NCBI GenBank assembly: GCA_965205485.1
Contig: OZ242180.1
Span: 3,616,001-3,680,000, forward strand
DNA from: Candidatus Latescibacterota bacterium
GTDB taxonomy: Bacteria; Latescibacterota; UBA2968; GCA-2709665
Direction of reading: 5' to 3'
Length of the DNA: 64,000 bases
Positions 57,230 to 64,000 of the stretch are shown here, piece after piece. The notes under the pieces are model-generated. The model searched no databases. It had not been told where the DNA came from and was given only the letters and a program-made list of their open reading frames with translations. Numbering within the stretch: position 1 is the stretch's first letter; the number at the start of each line of letters is the position of its first letter. The position numbers and the translations under genes are program-made.

Positions 57230-58894
57230 CTACAGGGCGCCCCGGTTTCGCAGTAACTTTGCGATATCCTCATGACCGCGTCGATTTGCCCAGGCGAGGG
57301 GCGTCGCCCATTCGGCGCCCGCGGCGTTGGGATCGGCGCCGCTATCCAGTAGAAGCTGCACCAGTTCCGCGTTACCCTCGCGTGCGGCGATCCCCATGGG
57401 TGTCGAGCGGTCCTCCTCATCGATTGCGTTGACGTCAGCGCCGAATTCAATGAACATGCGTACCATCATGGCGGCATCGGACACGGCCCGGTTGGGGCGG
57501 CAGAGGTCGTGCAGCGGGGTTCGCCGCTGCCAGTCGGGCAGGTTCGGGTCCAGGCCGTGTTCGAGGAGCCGGCGCGTCATGCGTGGCACGTGGTAGAGAT
57601 AGGTCTTGCAGGCCGTCAGTACGCGGGGCATCGGGTGTTTGCGCTGCAGGAACATATCGAACATCGCCTCGTGGGCATCCGTGGATTCTCCACGATCCTC
57701 CATGCGCCCGCAGCCGCTGATCGCGGCGGTGTAGGGTGTGGTCAGGTACTCGCTCTCCTCGTTGGAAAACGGATCGTCGGTGTAGCGGAGGATCGCGGCC
57801 ACCGTCTCGAACTCGCCCCGCTGTACGTAGCCCCACGCTCCGGATGCGCGCCCGCCGTAGCCGTAGAGCAAGCCCCGCATGGCGTCAGAGTGGGCACGTA
57901 TCGCGGGGGACCCGGAGGAGTCCACGTGCCCGTTCGGATCGGCGCCGGCTTCAAGAAGCCATCTGGCGACTTCGAGGTCGTCCTGCACGGTCGCGGTCAT
58001 CAGCGATGCCCCGTAGGGGCACAGCCGGCTTTCCGGCAGACCGGGATCCGCCCCGTTATCCAGCAGAAAGCGGACAATGTCACGGTGGCCGCGTTCCACC
58101 GCGGCCGACAGCGGGCGTTTCTGAAGATTCTCGCCGTCGTTCACGGCGGATGGGTCGGCGTCGACAAACGCCCTGACGGCATCCAGGTCTCCCCTCGCGG
58201 CAGCCAGCGTTGGGGTGTCGCGGACGCCTGCGTCCAGCAGAAGTCGCGCCAGATCGGGACTCGCTTCCGACCTGTGCCACATCAGGTCCCGCCAGTAAAT
58301 GTAGTGGATGGCGCGGAAACCGGCGTGGTCGGCGGCATCCACCTCGATGTCGCTGTCGAGGAGCGACCTTACTGCCGCGCGGTCGTTCGCGATGACGGCG
58401 AGATGGAGTGCGGTCCTGCCTTCGGGGTCCCGTTGTGATTCGATGCCATCTGTGCCTTCAAGCAGGCGTTGGATCTCCGCGTGGTCTCCGGCGTCTATCG
58501 CTTTGTGCAGCCGCGGGTCCGGCGCCTCCGAAACGGGCCCGGAGGCCTCCCTGAGATAGTCTGCGACCGAAGTATGGCCGCGGTCGTCTGCCATTTCGAT
58601 GAGGTCCGCGACTTCGTCGTACGGATACGCCTCCCATAACACCCTGGTTGCGTCCGAACTGCCCTCCCGCACCGCGAAGTGGATCGGCGGGGTGTACCAG
58701 AATTGCAGTCTGGCGCAGTCCGGATCCTCGCGCAGGTGATTGCGCAGGGCGCCGGCATCATTCCGGATCGCGGCGCTGATCAGTTCCCAGTAGAGGCGTC
58801 CCTCTTGTGTTTCGATGCACCAGGACGGCCGGTGCATGGCCTCGATGACGTCCTGCGGCGTTCGTTCCGATTCGCCGGTTTTTTCAATGTTCAT
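57230..58894 (-). CDS. Ankyrin repeat protein (in frame with the upstream phosphoesterase ORF)
   Basis: Several ankyrin repeats (GRTALHLA, RPLSAAVERGHRDIVRFLLDNGADP, TPMGIAAREGN, TPLAWANRRGH). Has its own SD GAAAGGA before ATG 58894. Confidence 0.8.
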   Translation of the reverse strand: MNIEKTGESERTPQDVIEAMHRPSWCIETQEGRLYWELISAAIRNDAGALRNHLREDPDCARLQFWYTPPIHFAVREGSSDATRVLWEAYPYDEVADLIEMADDRGHTSVADYLREASGPVSEAPDPRLHKAIDAGDHAEIQRLLEGTDGIESQRDPEGRTALHLAVIANDRAAVRSLLDSDIEVDAADHAGFRAIHYIYWRDLMWHRSEASPDLARLLLDAGVRDTPTLAAARGDLDAVRAFVDADPSAVNDGENLQKRPLSAAVERGHRDIVRFLLDNGADPGLPESRLCPYGASLMTATVQDDLEVARWLLEAGADPNGHVDSSGSPAIRAHSDAMRGLLYGYGGRASGAWGYVQRGEFETVAAILRYTDDPFSNEESEYLTTPYTAAISGCGRMEDRGESTDAHEAMFDMFLQRKHPMPRVLTACKTYLYHVPRMTRRLLEHGLDPNLPDWQRRTPLHDLCRPNRAVSDAAMMVRMFIEFGADVNAIDEEDRSTPMGIAAREGNAELVQLLLDSGADPNAAGAEWATPLAWANRRGHEDIAKLLRNRGAL

Positions 58895-59926
58895 CCCGGT
58901 CCTTTCCGTAGGTTTGCGTCGACTTCCGTTCGTCCGTTGCTTCTTCACGATCCTTTGCTCGAAGCTGAACACGTTCTCGCTGGCGGGGTCCACCGTGACC
59001 TCGATCCAGTGTACGTCCGACGCGCCGAACGTCTCCACGCGCGTGAAATTCGCGAATCGCCTGCCGCCACCCTTGCGCCGAAGCGGCTTGTCGATCCGGA
59101 AATAGTGCGAGTCACCATGCGCAAGGACGACCGGCCTCCCGAATCGTTCCGTTTCCTCGCGCAACACGTCGAGGACCGCCTGGTAGTGGGGAGGGTCCGG
59201 CGCATGCCTTTGCTCCAGGCCCATCGACGCGTGCAGGGTAAGAAACAGCGCCTTGCCGGACCCGGACGCCTCCGAAAAAGCACGGCGAAGCCATGCGATC
59301 CCCGCATTGGTGCGCCGTTCGACCGCCGCGTCGTGCCGTTCCGTCCTCACCGGGACCGCGCCAACCTCTGTCGAATCCCGGCGTTGAAACCCTCGCAACC
59401 CGTTTCTGCTCCCCACAATGTGAATGGTCGCGAAGTGAACCCCGGCCCGTTCCCAGCGGACGTTCTCGACAAACTCGCTGTATTCGGGCACCGACGCCTG
59501 GGATTCAACCCGCATCGTCCGCTTGCCGAGCGTCATCCCGGCACGGGGATAGAAAAGTGAACGCAGTTTCCGCAGGCGTTCCAGCGGATCGAAGCGGCCG
59601 GCGATCTTGCGATGACAGTCCGTCCATTCGTTGTCGCCCGGCGTGAGGATGAACGGGTCATCGAAGCGATTGAACCTTTCCAGACGACCTTCCAGAACCG
59701 CATCCGTGCATGGTTGTCCGCCACGTTTGATGTCGCCCGCGTGGATGACCCATTGTACGTCGTCGTCCGCGTTGATCATGTCGGTCAACCTTGCGAACCG
59801 GATACTGTCGGCATCGGCGTACGGCACGTCTCCGATAAGGGCGAACGAGAAGGTATCGGCGCCGGCCCGGCTTTGCGAGGACGTCAGCGCAATCGCGATA
59901 AGCAAGGCGGATAACCTCACGGCCAT
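58895..59926 (-). CDS. Secreted calcineurin-like metallophosphoesterase (no stop before the ankyrin ORF)
   Basis: Signal peptide, GDVPY, HAGDIK, TPGDNEWTDCHR, HGDSHYF. Confidence 0.75.
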
Positions 59927-60200
59927 TGTCATTAAAGCCTCCGTACAGTTGGTAGATTTCTGCATACCGCGAACACGCGCCACACGCAGGCCCGGCGAAA
60001 AACCGCGCAGATCTACTACGGGCACCGCGATCGGCCGCCGCTGGCCAACGATTCCGGAATCCCGGCGGTGTTCTGGCGGGACGATCCCGATCCGGAAACG
60101 CGCGCGTTTTACGGCGTACTCAACGAGCGGACCCGCCTTTACATGGCCGCCTTCGGGCCGCGCGAGGACTGAGCAGGCGGTTTATCGCAAAATCGCATCT

Positions 60201-61190
60201 TCATCCGTCAGTCCCGCCATCCCCAAGGATTACACGGCCGCCGCGGTTCGCCGCTTCCTCGGCGCCCAGCCCGATGCGAACGGCTTCGAGGGCCGTATCG
60301 AGGTCCGATCGCCAATCATCCCTTCCACCGCGCACTTCCTCCAGAAAGAGGCTTTCCAGAGACGTCCCCCGTTCCGTAGGCGGCAGCGATTGCTCTTTGA
60401 CGTCGGCGGACGAGAGCCGCCAGCCCCCGTCCCTTTGGACCAGCGTTCCTTCCTCCAGCACGAACCGCTGATACTGCTCGGCGTTTCCGATTGGAATCCC
60501 GCCCGCCCAGGTCCATTCGGCCGTCCCTCCGCCCGTGAAGCCTACGGCGACACGGTTGACGAAGCGTTCGTACGCTCCGGCGTTGTCCATTCCGTCATAG
60601 TGGGCGTACCCTTCCACCCAGGAAGCCGGGCCGAAGAGGTCCACCAGAGGGTAGACTTGATAGACGAAGAAGAGACTCGGCGGCCCCGACGTGGGAATGT
60701 TGAACAGTACCTCCGGCCGCGCCCCTCTCCCCGGCGTCAGCCGTACGAACAGCGCCAGCAGAAGTCCGCCCAGTGATCCAACGGTCTCCTTGAGTTGCCG
60801 ATGGGCGCCGGAGACGACCTCGGGATGCGCCACGCGCAGCACCGTGCCGGTCGAGCGCGCGAGGTCGACCAGGCCGGCCCCCTCGTCGACGTGCCGCGCG
60901 ACGGGATATTCCAGGAAGACGGGCTTGCCGGCCTCCAGGGAGGCCCGCGCGATGGGGCCGTGGCTGTCGTTGTTGGTACAAACCACAAGTCCATCCACGT
61001 CGGACCGGTCGATCAGCGCCTTCCAGTTTTCCAGCAACGGCAGACCGTGCTGACGGGCCAGTTCCACACCCGTGCGCGGGTTCCTGGCTGCCAGTGCGGT
61101 CAGCCTGCATCCCTGCATCGACGCGAATGCACGCGCGCGGCTTTGCGCCATGCCGCCCGAACCGACCAGGCCCAGACGAATCGAATCCAT
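60201..61190 (-). CDS. Gfo/Idh/MocA family oxidoreductase
   Basis: LGLVGSGGMA, CTNNDSH, AGKPVFLEYP. Confidence 0.85.
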   Translation of the reverse strand: MDSIRLGLVGSGGMAQSRARAFASMQGCRLTALAARNPRTGVELARQHGLPLLENWKALIDRSDVDGLVVCTNNDSHGPIARASLEAGKPVFLEYPVARHVDEGAGLVDLARSTGTVLRVAHPEVVSGAHRQLKETVGSLGGLLLALFVRLTPGRGARPEVLFNIPTSGPPSLFFVYQVYPLVDLFGPASWVEGYAHYDGMDNAGAYERFVNRVAVGFTGGGTAEWTWAGGIPIGNAEQYQRFVLEEGTLVQRDGGWRLSSADVKEQSLPPTERGTSLESLFLEEVRGGRDDWRSDLDTALEAVRIGLGAEEAANRGGRVILGDGGTDG

Positions 61191-61212
61191 AGTTTAAATT
61201 CCTGTTATTGAG

Positions 61213-62400
61213 TTATTTCGGGGTTTTTTCGCTGCCGTCGAACCGCCGGAGCAAGTCGCCGATGTCGTCCAGTGTCACGACGTCCACGTCGCCCCGGGTC
61301 TGCCGAAATGAACCCCCATAAACAAGCCCCCTGTCCGAGATCTTCGGCAGGAGCCTGGCGATCCGGTTCAGCGCGTCGAAGTAATCGGATGCCACGGTGG
61401 CGCCGGATTTGATCTCGACGGCGCCAATCCGATTTCCCATTTCATAGAGAAGGTCGCACTCGAGGCCGCGTGTATCGCGGAAAAAGGACAGATTGGAGCG
61501 GCGGCCGCGATTGAACAGGTACTTTATTGCCTCTGCGACAACGGCATTCTCAAACAGCGCCCCACGCAGCGGGTGGGTCGCAATCTGACCGGCGTGTTCG
61601 ATTCCGATCAGATAACTCGCCAATCCGACGTCGTAAAAATAGAGTTTGGGCGATTTGATCAGGCGCTTGCGAATATTCGCGTAGAAAGGCGGTAGTTGAA
61701 AGACAACATAACTGGCTTCCAGAATTGACAGCCACTCCCGCGCGGTGGTATGGGAAACGCCCGCGTCGGCGCCCAACGATGAGACATTCAGCAACTGCCC
61801 CGCCCGCCCGGCGCACAGGCGCGCGAATCGACGAAAACTGCTGAGGTTGCGGATTTCACCAAGACGACGCACGTCTCGCTCGACGTAGGTTTCGAAATAG
61901 TCGCCCAGCGCCTGCCGCGGCTCCAGATTCTGATCGTGGATTCGTGGATAAAACCCGGAGTACAGGATGTCGTCGACACTGCCGCCGGCGCCCGCGCGAC
62001 GCCGTTCGTCAATTGTGAACGGCAGCAGGCACAGAAGCGCCGTACGTCCCGCCAGGGACTGGCTGATGGTATCCGAGAGCCTGAACTGCTCGCTGCCGGT
62101 GAGGACGTAAAGACTGTTTCCGCCATTTTCGTCGGCGAGGACCTGAAGGTAGGAAAGGAGTTGTGGGACCCGCTGGATTTCATCCAGAATGACGCCGTCG
62201 CCGTGCTGCGAGAGAAATCCGCGAGGGTCGGTTTCGGCGAACAGGCGCTGATCGGGCGCCTCCAGGTTGACGTATTTGAGATGGGGAAACGCGGCGCGGC
62301 AGAGCGTCGTCTTGCCGGACTGCCGCGGTCCAGTCACGGTAACAAAGGGATACTGCTTGAATAACGCGACCAGTCTGTCTGTGAGTTCACGATGAACCAT
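61213..62400 (-). CDS. AAA_14 ATPase with DUF4143 domain
   Basis: GPRQSGKTTL, ILDEIQ, LTGS, ETYVERDV, KSPKLYFYDVG, ECD...EIKS. Confidence 0.88.
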   Translation of the reverse strand: MVHRELTDRLVALFKQYPFVTVTGPRQSGKTTLCRAAFPHLKYVNLEAPDQRLFAETDPRGFLSQHGDGVILDEIQRVPQLLSYLQVLADENGGNSLYVLTGSEQFRLSDTISQSLAGRTALLCLLPFTIDERRRAGAGGSVDDILYSGFYPRIHDQNLEPRQALGDYFETYVERDVRRLGEIRNLSSFRRFARLCAGRAGQLLNVSSLGADAGVSHTTAREWLSILEASYVVFQLPPFYANIRKRLIKSPKLYFYDVGLASYLIGIEHAGQIATHPLRGALFENAVVAEAIKYLFNRGRRSNLSFFRDTRGLECDLLYEMGNRIGAVEIKSGATVASDYFDALNRIARLLPKISDRGLVYGGSFRQTRGDVDVVTLDDIGDLLRRFDGSEKTPK

Positions 62401-62628
62401 AAGTATTGGAAAATGTACCGAAGAAGCGATATATTTGCAAGTACTACTTTCAATTTTACACACAAGGTGACGATACGCCTTAAAGCGTTTCCCTTTCAGT
62501 TGTCTCAACCAGACGTTGATACGGTCTCATATTCACAGATACCGACAACCGCGACAATGCGTTAAATTGACGTTGTTCAATACATGGAGAACCTAGTTCT
62601 ACGTCAACTCACAAAGGGAGACGTTACA

Positions 62629-63396
62629 ATGTTCGATCCCAGGGAGGTTGGACGACGGATTCAGGAACAGCGAAAGCAGAAGAGGCTTACCCAGGAACAG
62701 CTCGCTCAGGCCGTATGCATCAGCGTACAGGCGGTTTCCAAGTGGGAGAACGGGGAGTCGATGCCCAATATAGGGACATTCCCCGCCCTGTGCAAAACGC
62801 TTGGCGCCTCGTCCGACGCGCTGCTCGGAATCGACTGCGAGCCCGAAATCGAGGTGCTCGGTGCGAGGTTGGCGCGGCGGGTGAGTCATATCGAGAGCGG
62901 GGAGGAACGAAACGTCGCGCTGATGAAGGTGTTGGGATATCTCGTCTCCTCAGGTGACGGTCCCTGGAATCCCGATCGCAATGTCTCATACAGGCTGTCC
63001 GGGAATGGACTCACGGGCTTCGGTTTCTGGAGCCGCAGCGGACTCGCGTGCTTTGCGGCAGGCGATGCCCTTGCAGAAGACGTCCCGCCATCCACGTTGA
63101 TGGACAGCCTTCGCACCCTGCTCTTACCTGAATGCTGGTCCATCGCTTGCGCATTGTTGAACGGACCGCGTCGTTTTGACTCGTTGTTGGAAGCTGAGGT
63201 CGCCGAGTCCACGCAGGCTTTGTCGGACGCGCTGCGTGAATTGATCCAGGCAGGTCTATTGGTGCAGGAAAGTCGGGGCTATCGGCTGGAAGAGGACTAC
63301 GGGTTGCTGCTGACGGGGATGATCAGAGCCCTTGGCGTTGCCAGCCTGAGAGTGGATCACGGGCGGGGGATACGCGTGAACAACACGGCCGACTGA
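62629..63396 (+). CDS. XRE-family HTH transcriptional regulator
   Basis: LTQEQLAQAVCISVQAVSKWENGESMP. Confidence 0.85.
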   Translation: MFDPREVGRRIQEQRKQKRLTQEQLAQAVCISVQAVSKWENGESMPNIGTFPALCKTLGASSDALLGIDCEPEIEVLGARLARRVSHIESGEERNVALMKVLGYLVSSGDGPWNPDRNVSYRLSGNGLTGFGFWSRSGLACFAAGDALAEDVPPSTLMDSLRTLLLPECWSIACALLNGPRRFDSLLEAEVAESTQALSDALRELIQAGLLVQESRGYRLEEDYGLLLTGMIRALGVASLRVDHGRGIRVNNTAD

Positions 63397-63595
63397 GACG
63401 ACCGTCTCACGGAATCCCCGACCATTGGTTTTCATCCTGTTCATCCTGTTCACATGTATTCTCCTTCCTCGAAAATCCGCAACAATAGTGTTGCCAACGC
63501 GACGGATGGAGCGTAATTTGGGTGCGTTCTGAGGGGATCCGACACGCGGATATCAGGATTCGCCGGTACGACAACCTGTTATCGAGGGAAGGCAA

Positions 63596-64000
63596 ATGAC
63601 TTACGTCGTGGAGCGCCCCGCGGGCGCAGACCAGATCGATCACGAGATGCCGCTGACGTCGTTCAACCCCGATTGCATTCTTGAGAAACTGGATCTGACT
63701 GCGGCGGGGTTGGAAGAAGCAAAACAGGCCGCTGACGCCGGGGACAGGACGGGCGCCCTTACGGTCCTGCGCGACTATTACAGGGCGAAATTTCCGCTGG
63801 GGGAGGCGGTTGAAGAGGGTGATCATACAGAGGCGGACAAGATCTGCCGCCGTATCATCCAATGGGGGCCGTACGACGAGGCGCAATATGGCGACGATTT
63901 CGACTGGGAGTGGGACCCGCCCGGGGATATCGAGTGGGTATGCGTCGTCTATCGCTTTTACTGGGCCGCGCCGCTCGTAAACGCCTACGCGGCATCGCGC
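63596..64000 (+). CDS. Heparinase II/III N-terminal-like protein, partial (runs off the right edge)
   Basis: Manual translation: LDLTAAGLEEAK...ALTVLRDYYR...FDWEWDPPGDIEW...YRFYWAAPLVNAY. SD GAGGGAAGG. Confidence 0.55.
   Translation, partial: MTYVVERPAGADQIDHEMPLTSFNPDCILEKLDLTAAGLEEAKQAADAGDRTGALTVLRDYYRAKFPLGEAVEEGDHTEADKICRRIIQWGPYDEAQYGDDFDWEWDPPGDIEWVCVVYRFYWAAPLVNAYAASR

Noticed and set aside
776..61211. Many long antisense or alternative-frame ORFs (e.g. 776-2017, 2985-4289, 17574-19019, 45618-47102, 59631-60776)
   Set aside because: Shadow ORFs expected in high-GC DNA. They overlap well-supported genes and show no recognisable motifs.

Overview
GC-rich bacterial window, probably from an uncultured FCB-type heterotroph. 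The abundance of toxin-antitoxin (TA) genes, an ankyrin protein and heparinase-like proteins is reminiscent of sponge-associated Latescibacterota-like genomes, but that is inference only. The left half (1-34.7 kb) is housekeeping and metabolic: a DUF4837-like lipoprotein, a ComEA-type HhH protein, a TPR/periplasmic-binding protein, a CusCBA-type heavy-metal efflux cluster with an HMA protein and ferritin, an ABC pair, a 1232-aa heparinase-like/FG-GAP protein, accD, a mannose-1-P guanylyltransferase, aroQ, a transglutaminase-like protein and catabolic enzymes. The most striking part is a ~14.6-kb defence island (34.9-49.4 kb). It holds a type I restriction-modification (R-M) system whose HsdM is fused in frame to a C-terminal PIN ribonuclease-like domain. 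Four paralogous small 'FDC' antitoxin-like genes follow, interleaved with start-less PIN fragments. Further TA modules (HicB with a HicA stub, two DUF433/DUF5615 pairs, RHH/VapC coupled to hsdR, HicAB) and two HNH nucleases are packed between and after hsdM, hsdS and hsdR. hsdR has a single-base frameshift. The right part carries rhaA, a Doc-type TA pair, an amidohydrolase, a triply frameshifted deacetylase-like gene, an apparent phosphoesterase-ankyrin fusion and a partial heparinase II/III gene. Two families of MITE-like elements and a REP-like repeat family recur in intergenic regions. I found no rRNA, tRNA, CRISPR array, transposase or integrase.
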